Positions 37,230 to 46,552 of a stretch of 64,000 bases of DNA are shown one piece after another; positions within the stretch are counted from its first letter, which is position 1; each line of letters starts with the position of its first letter. Source of the stretch: Escherichia phage vB_EcoM_10C2_SA_NWU. The DNA is taken from sequence record OR062525; one strand, given 5' to 3'. Below the pieces are notes generated by a model. It was not told the DNA's origin, ran no database searches, and was given only the letters and a program-made list of their open reading frames with translations. The position numbers were made by a program, and so were the translations under genes.

Positions 37230-37514
37230 TTATTTATTGATAGCGTGCAGCGGGAAAGCTACGCCAGGTTGATAAATAACCTTTACAACCTCATCAGGAC
37301 AAAAGAAGTTGCAGAACTCACCGCAATAGGCCTCATCCTCTTTCAACTCTTCATCAACATACTCAAAAAAGTAGTCGATGCTTGGATAATCCTGGCCGTG
37401 ATTATAGTCAACCATCGTTAATAATAACTCTTGATCATTCCGTAGGATGTGCATACCCGCTTTTAAGTATTTTGCTTCCATTTCTACTACATCGCCAGCG
37501 GTAACAATAGCCAT
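37230..37514 (-). CDS. hypothetical acidic protein
   Basis: AGGAG RBS; GGGGGAGGCCCCC hairpin in leader. Confidence 0.4.
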   Translation of the reverse strand: MAIVTAGDVVEMEAKYLKAGMHILRNDQELLLTMVDYNHGQDYPSIDYFFEYVDEELKEDEAYCGEFCNFFCPDEVVKVIYQPGVAFPLHAINK

Positions 37515-37647
37515 GATTTTAACTCCTATCTATCTGGTCAACGATTGGGGGCCTCCCCCTCGACAACTCTTATTATCCATATTGTCGGGAATGATGCAAG
37601 TACTTCTTTAAAAATTTTTTAAGCGCCCCGTATGCCGTTGTAACGCC

Positions 37648-37678
37648 AAAATAATAAAGGCCATGCAACCGCATGGCC
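37648..37678 (-). terminator. rho-independent terminator (possibly bidirectional)
   Basis: GGCCATGC-AACC-GCATGGCC hairpin flanked by A-run on one side and T-run on the other. Confidence 0.5.
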
Positions 37679-37716
37679 TTTATGTGATTATATTGCTGCA
37701 GGCCCTGCTAGGGGCC

Positions 37717-38067
37717 TTATTTTGCATTCTTGCCTGTATTGCCGCCACGGTACCAGCGTTTGCGGTGAAAATGGTAATAATCCCCCTCGGCATTAAACAT
37801 CAGATGATTTTCAATAACCAGCTTACGAAGGTGGGCCGGATCTTGTTCCATTCTTGCCAGATTCCGGCGGCTGTTACGTAAGCGTATAAATTCCATATTC
37901 AGGCCGTTGATTGCAGCATGGATGTCAAAGTAACCACCTTTGAGACGTTCACGCATGGCGTTAAGCTCAACACAATATACAGATTTCTCACAAATCAAGG
38001 TATTAGCTAGGGCGCGGACCTGGGCAAGGGGGTTAAGCTCATTGAGGTAATATAGTTTGACTTTCAT
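37717..38067 (-). CDS. hypothetical protein
   Basis: co-directional ORF. Confidence 0.4.
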   Translation of the reverse strand: MKVKLYYLNELNPLAQVRALANTLICEKSVYCVELNAMRERLKGGYFDIHAAINGLNMEFIRLRNSRRNLARMEQDPAHLRKLVIENHLMFNAEGDYYHFHRKRWYRGGNTGKNAK

Positions 38068-38084
38068 AAAATCGCCTGCTGAAA

Positions 38085-38393
38085 TTAGTTTGAGAAAACA
38101 TCGTTCACAATAGCGATCACAATGCCGCCCACCTTGTCACGGTCAACAATGCACAAATCACCATGGATCATGCGGTAGTCTGGATGATCTTTCACAGAAT
38201 AGTCAATAAGTGTTTTCTTGTCGTCCAGCTTCGTAACTTCCATTCTCATAACGATATGAGAATCATCAAAGGCATTATTCCGAAAAGTCATAGCCTGACC
38301 GCCAGGGCACCCGGTGATCTCCACTTCCACACCATCTACGATCTGACCATCAAAGAAATAAAGATTATTAGCCTGGATAAACATGTCTATCAC
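38085..38393 (-). CDS. hypothetical protein
   Basis: co-directional ORF. Confidence 0.4.
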   Translation of the reverse strand: MIDMFIQANNLYFFDGQIVDGVEVEITGCPGGQAMTFRNNAFDDSHIVMRMEVTKLDDKKTLIDYSVKDHPDYRMIHGDLCIVDRDKVGGIVIAIVNDVFSN

Positions 38394-38431
38394 TCCTTGT
38401 TAACTGCGTGGTATTTTAACAGGGTTTAAAT

Positions 38432-38475
38432 TTACTTTATCGATGGCCCTGAAGTCAAGGCCATCTAAAAATAAA
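38432..38475 (-). promoter_or_regulatory. repeated 44-bp intergenic element with GATGGCC-N10-GGCCATC palindrome (copy 1)
   Basis: near-identical to copies at 42146 and 42765; TTGACT in loop on - strand. Confidence 0.5.
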
Positions 38476-38477
38476 TT

Positions 38478-38678
38478 TTACAGGCCTACAATCTCTTTGA
38501 TTCGTTTAACTGCTGCCTCAGCGCCTTGGGGGTAGAAATTATGATAACCAATCACGCGAGTGATACTAATCGCCGTTTGATGATCTTCATAGTCGCCCTT
38601 GAAGATTTCTTGACCGTCAATCAGCACGGCAATTTTTTCTTCTTTTTTGAAGTTAATAACGCGGATATTGTTGCTCAT
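38478..38678 (-). CDS. hypothetical protein
   Basis: co-directional ORF. Confidence 0.4.
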   Translation of the reverse strand: MSNNIRVINFKKEEKIAVLIDGQEIFKGDYEDHQTAISITRVIGYHNFYPQGAEAAVKRIKEIVGL

Positions 38679-39155
38679 TTTGTTTCTCCTTTCTGGTTTT
38701 TGTGGTGGTGGAGATTAGCTCCCCGTTGATTGTTATTATCCACATTCCGGACCGGATTGCAACACCCCGGAAGAAAAATTTTTTAAAAGATAGGCCCCCA
38801 TGATCGGGGGCCGCTCTTAGTTACTTACAGCGATAAAGTACATCCCTACGCCTAACAATATTTCAAGGGCGATAATCTCAAGCCATACCATAACACGGCG
38901 CACCTTATCAGCGCATGGCTTATCCTTGGTTGTCATCGTCTCCCCCTTCCCTCCTGTTAGTAGTGACGTGGTTTACAATGGCCCCCAGGAGTCCTATCAC
39001 CACGCACACCACAAGAAAAATTATCTCCGCTGTTGTTCGATCCATTGTTATAAAATTCCTCAAGATCAGGCCTGAAAATAAAGCGTTCGTTATTGAATCC
39101 GTCACGCCAGGCGGCTGGCTTCAAATCTTCACTAAAGGGATTAATTAACGTGGCG

Positions 39156-39527
39156 TTATTTAAACGGCTGGTCCACATATTTTCTATTCCTCTCAAATAG
39201 GCGATCCGCTTCAGTTAAACATATCTCATGGGCTTGGTCTCTGGTTTTAGCCTCATCAAAAACCTGTTGTGCCAGGCTGCAGCGTAGGGAGACTGGAAGA
39301 TCACTATAATAGGCGTTGACAAACGTTTGTGCGTCATACAGGTCGGAAAACACTTTACCCTTTCTATTATCGCCCTTGTCAACAATTGCAAGGATAACCA
39401 ATACAATAGTTGCAACCACTCCCAGGAAAATAGATATAACAAACCATAGAAAAGCGGATCTACCTATCTTGCCAGCGATCCAGGCGTTGAACAAGGCAAC
39501 TACTACAGCCAAAATAATAAATTCCAT
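39156..39527 (-). CDS. small membrane protein (two predicted TM helices)
   Basis: internal ATG with AAGAGGT RBS; MEFIILAVVVALFNAWIAG and FLWFVISIFLGVVATIVLVILAIV. Confidence 0.45.
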   Translation of the reverse strand: MEFIILAVVVALFNAWIAGKIGRSAFLWFVISIFLGVVATIVLVILAIVDKGDNRKGKVFSDLYDAQTFVNAYYSDLPVSLRCSLAQQVFDEAKTRDQAHEICLTEADRLFERNRKYVDQPFK

Positions 39528-39591
39528 TCTATGTACCTCTTTTGCAGTTCTGTTTAACAATAAGGCGGCAAATATGCCGCCTGTTACCTGA

Positions 39592-39972
39592 TTAAAAATT
39601 ATCGCCGTAAATCTTTCCGCTTTCTGCCCACACCACCACGCGGGGCATGTTATCCCATACATCTTGTTTTAGATTTAACGCGTGCAATTCTTCGGTGGTG
39701 CTCATACCAGGCACGGGCTGATTGTATACTGCAAAACGACCACCTGCATAATCATAGGCCAGAGTTAAATCACACTGAATCATCTTTTTGATCATGGCGT
39801 TAAGCATAGCGTTAGCCGCATACTGGTCACGTTTTAAAGGCAACTCTTTGATTAGTTTGCGATAGTTTTCAATGTGATCGCACACTGTTTCACGTGGAAG
39901 ATCTTTCATATCTTCACGGAATGTAACCAGGTTAAACATAACGGTGTCAATAGCTTTAGTAGTGTTTTTCAT
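39592..39972 (-). CDS. hypothetical protein
   Basis: co-directional ORF. Confidence 0.4.
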   Translation of the reverse strand: MKNTTKAIDTVMFNLVTFREDMKDLPRETVCDHIENYRKLIKELPLKRDQYAANAMLNAMIKKMIQCDLTLAYDYAGGRFAVYNQPVPGMSTTEELHALNLKQDVWDNMPRVVVWAESGKIYGDNF

Positions 39973-40060
39973 AATGTTTACCTCTTTGTTTTGTGTGGGG
40001 CAAACGTCTTGCCCCTTGAGTTTTAATATAGCAGGTTTTTAGGTTATTGCAACACTTTAT

Positions 40061-40684
40061 TTATGAAAAAGTCATCTCACCGTGTTCATCGACATCAAAC
40101 CGCCAATCATTGGCCTCGATAAGGCCGATCAAGTTTTCGGCGGTGAATTGTTCAAGATAGGCCTCCTCCAGGTCTACGTAAACCTTGCGGGATAACTCCC
40201 GTACCGTCTCGGTGATCAGCTCTTCCAGATCTTCCACTTTGTTTTCTTGTTTGGTGGTCAGGTCTAGCCATGTAGTATCGATGTATCCGTTTACAGTGTT
40301 TTCGTGACTATAGCGGCTATATGGATCACGCTCAACACTTGCGGATAACTCGCCATCGTGCATTGTGCCGAACAAGTGACGAATTGAGCGGAATTTAGTC
40401 AGAGACTTGACTTTACGCAAGAATTTTTCTAAATCCACGTTTTCCGCACTGATTGACGCGCCGTCACCCTGGCACCAAAAGCCTGACCAATGTACATCGG
40501 TATCTTCAAGGCCGTACTCTGGAAAAACATATTCTTTATAGTACTCAATTACACTTTCTGCAAAAAAGTTATCCCCGCTGTGTTCTTCTCTTTCGCGGAC
40601 CATTTCCACGGCTTTTTCTTTTTGTTCGTCGGTCAGCACGTCGAAAGCTAAATTGTAACCTGTGGTAATGTTAACGGTGGTCAT
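40061..40684 (-). CDS. hypothetical acidic protein (207 aa)
   Basis: ORF with consensus promoter, leader hairpin and AGGAGAAAA RBS. Confidence 0.5.
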   Translation of the reverse strand: MTTVNITTGYNLAFDVLTDEQKEKAVEMVREREEHSGDNFFAESVIEYYKEYVFPEYGLEDTDVHWSGFWCQGDGASISAENVDLEKFLRKVKSLTKFRSIRHLFGTMHDGELSASVERDPYSRYSHENTVNGYIDTTWLDLTTKQENKVEDLEELITETVRELSRKVYVDLEEAYLEQFTAENLIGLIEANDWRFDVDEHGEMTFS

Positions 40685-40712
40685 GATATTTTCTCCTGTT
40701 TTCTTTGTTAGT

Positions 40713-40731
40713 GGCGGGAAGTTTTCCCGCC
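40713..40731 (-). promoter_or_regulatory. conserved 5' leader hairpin GGCGGGA..TCCCGCC (copy 1)
   Basis: inverted repeat between promoter and RBS; same hairpin at 42558 and 43226. Confidence 0.5.
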
Positions 40732-40741
40732 TGTGTTTTTA

Positions 40742-40770
40742 ATTATACTTATTGAGATTTACTTGTCAAC
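40742..40770 (-). promoter_or_regulatory. consensus sigma70-like promoter
   Basis: TTGACA-N17-TATAAT on - strand. Confidence 0.6.
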
Positions 40771-41019
40771 ACTATTTTTTAAATTATTGTGGCGCAAAAT
40801 GTTTAAAATCTCTTCAACGTCATCAACACGGCGGCAATTTTTAAACGCTACCAATTGCCCCATGATTTTAATCACTGGGCGGCCTTGCCAGTGCCCCTGG
40901 AGAAAGCGCGCCTTGACTTTATCGGTGGAACTATCACGCCACCAAACGGCCTTGTTATTGCAGTAGTAAAAATTATTCAGGACAATATCAACTTTATCAA
41001 AATTTTTTAATTTACGCAT
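40759..41019 (-). CDS. hypothetical protein
   Basis: co-directional ORF. Confidence 0.4.
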   Translation of the reverse strand: MRKLKNFDKVDIVLNNFYYCNNKAVWWRDSSTDKVKARFLQGHWQGRPVIKIMGQLVAFKNCRRVDDVEEILNILRHNNLKNSVDK

Positions 41020-41239
41020 GGCGTTTACTCCTTACTTCTCGCTTTGATGTGATTAGTATATCTAGAATATTTTAGATGTCAACAATATTTTTAACGCTTT
41101 AAAACAGCCTTTGACGATGTTTTCAGGTTAAGAAATGGGATTGCATGGGTAGGGGGCTTTTAGGGCGTTGTGGGGCCAACCAGGGCGCTATTCGTAGGGT
41201 AGAAATAAAAAGCCCCGCACGATGGCGGGGCGTTGGTTG

Positions 41240-41461
41240 TTAGTTGCCTTTGTGGCGGTATCGTTCCGCCTGCCGTTCACGTTCCAAAAGGAGGCCCGGC
41301 AATTTACGATCATAATGATTCCGCCAGATCTTCCCAAATCTTTTTGGCTTATTCAGTTTATTGTTACGCTGGCGGCGTTCCGGCAGCTCTTCGGAATCAT
41401 GAGATCGCTTTACAATTTTCTCAAAATTAATCTTCATATATTCCCCCCTTGCTAACTTCAA
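41240..41461 (-). CDS. small basic protein
   Basis: Arg/Lys-rich ORF. Confidence 0.35.
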   Translation of the reverse strand: MKLARGEYMKINFEKIVKRSHDSEELPERRQRNNKLNKPKRFGKIWRNHYDRKLPGLLLERERQAERYRHKGN

Positions 41462-41780
41462 TATTGGCCTGAATAGCCCGGATACGGCGCTTTATAACTT
41501 CCTGATCTGTGTGATCGTATCCCCAAAAGTCCACAATTTTTGCGCCCCCTGCCTCCAAGCGGTATAGTGTTTCCTGCATCTTGTAAGCCGGGATCGGTCG
41601 CGGTGTTACTTGGTCACCTTCTTTATTTTTATACTTTATAATATAATCTTCGTTATCGTTGAATGTCCAAAATGGATATTCTGCAAGGGCGGTACTTCCT
41701 CTTTCCTTTTTATCCTGGATCTTGTTTACAATTAAAGCTGTAGCAATAGCGCCAATAATAAAACTAGCCCCGCTGATCAT
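41427..41780 (-). CDS. membrane-anchored hypothetical protein
   Basis: N-terminal hydrophobic segment ASFIIGAIATALIV. Confidence 0.4.
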   Translation of the reverse strand: MISGASFIIGAIATALIVNKIQDKKERGSTALAEYPFWTFNDNEDYIIKYKNKEGDQVTPRPIPAYKMQETLYRLEAGGAKIVDFWGYDHTDQEVIKRRIRAIQANIEVSKGGIYED

Positions 41781-41855
41781 GTACTTTCTCCTTTCATGGT
41801 GTTAATAAACTATCTTTATAGATGGCCCTGCCACTAGGGCCACCGAAAAAACAGC

Positions 41856-42101
41856 TTATTTGACAATACCGACAAAACAGATCCCACCTTCCCCAACATA
41901 GGCGATGTCGGTCACCTTATAATTGGTTAAGATCTGCTTATTTAGTTCATTAATAAAATCGGTCATCGCGTTGGTGTAGTTGTCTTCCATGTCTAGGGAA
42001 TAATCCCAAGTGTAAACCTTTTTACGTCCGAAGCCTTTTACCATGATACGGGCGCTTTTGGTGTTGGTAGGGGCGTAATATTTAGTGATTAGTGCTGCCA
42101 T
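41856..42101 (-). CDS. hypothetical protein
   Basis: co-directional ORF; AGGAG RBS. Confidence 0.4.
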   Translation of the reverse strand: MAALITKYYAPTNTKSARIMVKGFGRKKVYTWDYSLDMEDNYTNAMTDFINELNKQILTNYKVTDIAYVGEGGICFVGIVK

Positions 42102-42145
42102 GGTTTTAACTCCTATGCATTAGTTCAGTGTTAACAGTATAAAGT

Positions 42146-42190
42146 TTACTTTATTGATGGCCCTGGAGTCAAGGCCATCTAAAAATAATC
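42146..42190 (-). promoter_or_regulatory. repeated 44-bp palindromic intergenic element (copy 2)
   Basis: TTTACTTTATTGATGGCCCTGGAGTCAAGGCCATCTAAAAATAA. Confidence 0.5.
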
Positions 42191-42532
42191 TTACTCGTTT
42201 TCTTCCAGCTCCGCAAGCTCTTCTTTTGCTTCTTCCAACTCTGTCTGTAATTCCTGGTATTCTTCATCGTCCTCAATATCCAGGCTGTCGATGTAGTCGC
42301 TAAATCCGCAGCGGTAAGCGATAGGATCTAGCTCCTTGAGGATACGCGACGGAAGAAAAGAAATGTTTCCGATCATAATTTCGCCGTAGATCTCGTCTAA
42401 CCATTCATCATAGTTTTCGTCGTACTTGTCCTCGTCGATTTCAAAGTTATCGATCTTATTCTCAAGGTCTGCGATCTGTTTTTTCAGGGCAGCGATCTGA
42501 ATAGCTTTTTCTGCGGCGGTCATAGTGGTCAT
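42191..42532 (-). CDS. hypothetical acidic coiled-coil protein
   Basis: ORF with promoter (TTGACA-N16-TATACT at 42583-42610), leader hairpin and RBS. Confidence 0.45.
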   Translation of the reverse strand: MTTMTAAEKAIQIAALKKQIADLENKIDNFEIDEDKYDENYDEWLDEIYGEIMIGNISFLPSRILKELDPIAYRCGFSDYIDSLDIEDDEEYQELQTELEEAKEELAELEENE

Positions 42533-42764
42533 GGTGTTTTCTCCTTTTGTGTGTTCTGGGAAGTTTTCCCGTTGATGTGTTTAGTATACCGATCTAAGTT
42601 AGCTTGTCAATTAAAAGTTTAAGAAAAATTTTGCGACACCGTTGGCGCTACCCATCAACATTTGCGCCAGGATATAACCAATGATGCAAACGATAATAGT
42701 TACCTTTGTGTGCTGGCGTGTAGTGCTCATCTTCAAGCCTCCTTTTAGCTTAACTAGGATTAGT

Positions 42765-42809
42765 TTACTTTATTGATGGCCCTGGAGTCAAGGCCATCTA
42801 AAAATAAAC
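42765..42809 (-). promoter_or_regulatory. repeated 44-bp palindromic intergenic element (copy 3)
   Basis: identical core to copy 2. Confidence 0.5.
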
Positions 42810-43205
42810 TTAGTAAGTTTTCAGTACTTTCCCATCCAGTCTGTCAAGCTGGATCTCGATAGCTGCAGAAAACCTATTATAAACCACATCGCCCAGGGAG
42901 TCCAGCCAATCTATGACGTTATACACCTGCTCTTTATTCTTGCAAGTCCGGATCCGTTTCATTACGTAAGACGGATCAATATTAGTGCTCCCGTTGTTGT
43001 GGTCATGCGCCTGGCCTGCTGCACTGGTTATAGATTTTACAACCACCTGAAAGGGCTTTAAGGTGCCTTTTGCGTTCATCTCACGCGCTTTTGCGGCGCG
43101 GTTGTTATATGTTACACAACGGCGGCAAATGTTGACCAAATGCATATCAATAATTTTTTCATCGTTTGCCAGTTCGTTCATGATGCGGCGTACGTTCTTA
43201 TTCAT
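42810..43205 (-). CDS. hypothetical protein
   Basis: ORF preceded by conserved leader hairpin. Confidence 0.45.
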   Translation of the reverse strand: MNKNVRRIMNELANDEKIIDMHLVNICRRCVTYNNRAAKAREMNAKGTLKPFQVVVKSITSAAGQAHDHNNGSTNIDPSYVMKRIRTCKNKEQVYNVIDWLDSLGDVVYNRFSAAIEIQLDRLDGKVLKTY

Positions 43206-43295
43206 GATCTTTTTTCCTTTGTGTTGGCGGGAAACATTCCCGCCTTTTGTGTCTAGTTTACTTTAATTTTGCAGCGTGTCAATAATTTTTTTTTT

Positions 43296-43694
43296 TTATT
43301 CGTGGGCGCATGTCACAATGTGCTTTTTATACCCCAGGTGGGCAGCAAGTGCTGACAAAAACTCATCTTCATAGATCCAGCCGTTGGCAGTGATCCCCAT
43401 AGCATTTAACGCGCTTTCAAGTGCTGCATTGGCCTTATCATAACCGTGACCGCTCGCCTTGCCACCAGTATAACCGTACTTATTATTCTTGTTGTCGTGT
43501 ATCCAAAAAACGCAGTAGTTAGTGTTACCGCTGGCGGCGGCATAGTACCGGATCTCCGCTACTTCGTGCAAATTATTATCATCGTCTAGGCCCACCAGAT
43601 TATAAGCCTTGTAAAATCCACGATCACGGCGGCAGTTCTTGACATCAGAAAAAGAAAAGTCCGCATTATCAAAATTAAAGGTAGTGGTTTTCAT
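43296..43694 (-). CDS. hypothetical protein
   Basis: co-directional ORF. Confidence 0.4.
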   Translation of the reverse strand: MKTTTFNFDNADFSFSDVKNCRRDRGFYKAYNLVGLDDDNNLHEVAEIRYYAAASGNTNYCVFWIHDNKNNKYGYTGGKASGHGYDKANAALESALNAMGITANGWIYEDEFLSALAAHLGYKKHIVTCAHE

Positions 43695-43757
43695 GATTTT
43701 ATCCTCTTAGTGTCTTTTGCGATTTCAGTATATTTTGTGTCAGACCATATGTCAATA

Positions 43758-43955
43758 TTATTTTTTATTAAACCAGTGGTTGATCTGACCTTTTGTCAGG
43801 GCGCAACGGTTAAGCTGTTGCAGGGTATAGCTATGACCGCGACGAAATTTATAAAGGCCTTGCCCGTTGTTGATGGTTACATCCACCCGGCAAATCACTT
43901 GATTGGTGACCACCTGGCGAGTGTTGCGACGTACTTTAATTCCGTAGGCGTTCAT
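43758..43955 (-). CDS. hypothetical protein
   Basis: co-directional ORF. Confidence 0.35.
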   Translation of the reverse strand: MNAYGIKVRRNTRQVVTNQVICRVDVTINNGQGLYKFRRGHSYTLQQLNRCALTKGQINHWFNKK

Positions 43956-44033
43956 GATTTTTTATCCTCTCTGTTAATTGGTGTGGTGTTGTTCACCTTG
44001 CGAGGATAAGAATAACAAGAACTGTCCGAGCTG

Positions 44034-44216
44034 TCAACCATTAGTTAAAATTATTTTTGGGTAGAATTCTCCAGCCGCCGCCCCTGCCAGGTTAACCATC
44101 ATTTTTTCGTACTCTTCTTTATGTTCCAACGCTCCCGCCATAGCCTTTTCAACCAGGGCGATAGCCTCAGCGTCATTAATAGCTACATTTTCCAGGGGGA
44201 TCATATTACCTTCCAT
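44034..44216 (-). CDS. hypothetical protein
   Basis: co-directional ORF. Confidence 0.35.
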   Translation of the reverse strand: MEGNMIPLENVAINDAEAIALVEKAMAGALEHKEEYEKMMVNLAGAAAGEFYPKIILTNG

Positions 44217-44410
44217 TTTTGTACCTCCTCTTCAATTGTTACCTATCCTATAGCATAGGCCCACCAGGTTTGCAAGCCTTCATTATCTCCTACCTGGTCA
44301 GTTAGGCCCTGCCAGGCTGGCCCCGCCAGGTTGCAGCGGTCAGCGCATCAGGTTAGAATTTTTTTTTTTTGAAAAGTGTTGACAGCGGCCCCGCCAGGTG
44401 GCACAATATA

Positions 44411-44650
44411 CCTATCGAAAGGACGGCAGGCACCGGTGACGGGGGAGACAACCACCGGGGATGGGCGCTGCATAAAATGAGAACGGTTATCATTATCATT
44501 TAAAAATTTATGCAAAAAATCCTTGCTTTCTTTGTCCTGTGTGATACTATAATAACAAGCCGGGGCAACAGGGGCCGGGAGACAATCACCGGGCCTGCCC
44601 GTTATTCTGCAAACGAGAATGATTATCATTCAAAATTCTAAATGAGAACT
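44411..44650. repeat. two tandem homologous units of about 95 bp (candidate small RNAs or protein-binding modules)
   Basis: GGGAGACAA[CT]CACCGGG and GAGAA-N-TTATCATT shared by unit 44411-44510 and unit 44555-44650. Confidence 0.5.
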
Positions 44651-45235
44651 CCTCGCATTTAATAAATTTAATTAGCATGCTAATTACCCTCCGTAACAAT
44701 TTCCTATAAAACAGTATCCCATAAAATATTCCCATATAGAAATTTTAAAAATCCATTTCTGAAAACGAAAAATCGATTTCGTCCCCAAAAATTTCAGGTC
44801 GAGATCCGGAACGATTTCCAGAAAATCCGATTCAGAAAACGAAAAACAGATCGAGTACTGAGAAATTTATCGAGAAAAATTTTCAGAAAATCCAAGCCAT
44901 GAAATGAAAAGTAGATCGAGTACTTGGAAAGCTGCACCGCAACTTCAAGATAGTGGTTAGATTGTTACCATAGAAGGTTAAGGGCAAGTGGAGGAAGTTC
45001 TAGTAGAGGGAGGTTAGCATGTGCGGGAAATCTATAATGGTGGCCTGGAATATGGTGCAAACGATAGGATGAGTTATTCAGCTTGTCGCGCCTACTCTGA
45101 AAAATCCATTTTAGTTTTCGATCCATTTTCTGATTTTCTAAGAATTTTAAAATATCCAGCCCGGTGAAATATCAAAAGGAGGAAATCCATTTTAGAAATC
45201 CCCCTTACACTTGATATGCCAGGAATTTTCAAGTA

Positions 45236-45565
45236 TCAGCTGTCTTTGTTTTTAGGTTTGTACATGCGTAGAGGTATGGTCTTTGTAACATTCCATTTCC
45301 TCAATCCTTCCCAGCTCCAGTTGTGGGCGTGGTATCCGGTTATGCATGCACTACTGGAGTGATCGTAAGCATAAGAGAACGCTAAGCGCACCAGGTGGGG
45401 CCAGTCCTTCCATGGTTGTGGACCGTAAGCTTTTCTCCAACACCGACACAAACTAAATGTCTCAAGGATAGGAAGGATAACAAACCCATACACTGTCACC
45501 AAAATAGTCAGTGCAATGATTGTCAGGAACACATACCCTGCAGTTGAAATGATGATCTCTGTCAT
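45236..45565 (-). CDS. membrane protein (hypothetical)
   Basis: N-terminal hydrophobic stretch IIISTAGYVFLTIIALTILVTVYGFVILPIL. Confidence 0.4.
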   Translation of the reverse strand: MTEIIISTAGYVFLTIIALTILVTVYGFVILPILETFSLCRCWRKAYGPQPWKDWPHLVRLAFSYAYDHSSSACITGYHAHNWSWEGLRKWNVTKTIPLRMYKPKNKDS

Positions 45566-45765
45566 TTGTCGTCCCCTTTCTTACGGATATAAATGTGAGA
45601 ACCTGCCTGTATATAAATTTCTCGACCATCTTCTGCGAAGATGTGGAATACACGGTCACCTTCGTACTCAATACGAGATATCTTCATAATGGTCTTTCCA
45701 CCTGGGATACGGATCTCGTCCCCCACAGCGATGTTCCATGCAGATTTAAGCTTAAACATCTGCAC
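45562..45765 (-). CDS. hypothetical protein
   Basis: ATGA-coupled ORF. Confidence 0.4.
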   Translation of the reverse strand: MQMFKLKSAWNIAVGDEIRIPGGKTIMKISRIEYEGDRVFHIFAEDGREIYIQAGSHIYIRKKGDDK

Positions 45766-45997
45766 CCTCCTTTGGGAACTTGAACTCTGGCATAGCCATA
45801 TACGCTACAACAGGGTTGTGATCAAAGTAGAACTGACCGTTAATTATCCCGGTTTTACTCACATAGTTACCAGATCCTGCAAGAACAACCTCGCAAGCTC
45901 CGAAATCTACATTGCCATCCTCATCAGCCATGGCTACGATATACTTTCCTAGAGGCATGTTTTTAACGCCGTCTACAAATGTCCACCCTTTGTTCAT
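45752..45997 (-). CDS. hypothetical protein
   Basis: co-directional ORF. Confidence 0.4.
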   Translation of the reverse strand: MNKGWTFVDGVKNMPLGKYIVAMADEDGNVDFGACEVVLAGSGNYVSKTGIINGQFYFDHNPVVAYMAMPEFKFPKEGADV

Positions 45998-46017
45998 ACT
46001 TTATCTCCTGCACTTTC

Positions 46018-46350
46018 TTAAGGTAACCAGTAAACAATCTCGCCTTTCAGCTTCATGTCGTTTCCAACATAAATTTCCCAGCCATCCATCTTAGCACTTG
46101 CAGGCCCAAAGTCAACCGCACCCCTTACCTCTTTCCAGGCTCTGTAGTCAGGTTGCCAGATATAGAATCCACCTTCTTTGTCCCATGCTCCGTACACTAC
46201 GTTTAACAGGTTTCCCATTGCAACAATGGTGGGCCGTGGGAATAATACATCTACAGATGCGCCACAATTTCTGGTATCTTTTAAGTTGCAATCCCAAAAG
46301 ATGTCTGCCAGTGTGGCGGCGATAGCTTTACGTCTTTCCAATGTTACCAT
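46018..46350 (-). CDS. hypothetical protein
   Basis: co-directional ORF. Confidence 0.4.
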   Translation of the reverse strand: MVTLERRKAIAATLADIFWDCNLKDTRNCGASVDVLFPRPTIVAMGNLLNVVYGAWDKEGGFYIWQPDYRAWKEVRGAVDFGPASAKMDGWEIYVGNDMKLKGEIVYWLP

Positions 46351-46360
46351 GGCACGATAC

Positions 46361-46552
46361 TCACTTGTTGTTAATAAGTTCTAAAACTTTCTGTCTTACT
46401 TTGTCAAGGTCTGTTGATTCAAAAACTGTACGATATCCCCAACTTTGCCCATAGGAGTGACTGCAATCCCCGTAGCACCATTGCTCAATTTGATAGTATT
46501 CAAGGAACGGGTGCTGTCTAACTATGATACCATCCCGGTTAAAAATTACCAT
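46361..46552 (-). CDS. hypothetical protein
   Basis: co-directional ORF. Confidence 0.35.
   Translation of the reverse strand: MVIFNRDGIIVRQHPFLEYYQIEQWCYGDCSHSYGQSWGYRTVFESTDLDKVRQKVLELINNK

Noticed and set aside
44359-44372. 12-nt T-run as an intrinsic terminator
   Set aside because: No convincing GC-rich hairpin immediately upstream on either strand; treated as part of the repeat-rich noncoding island.
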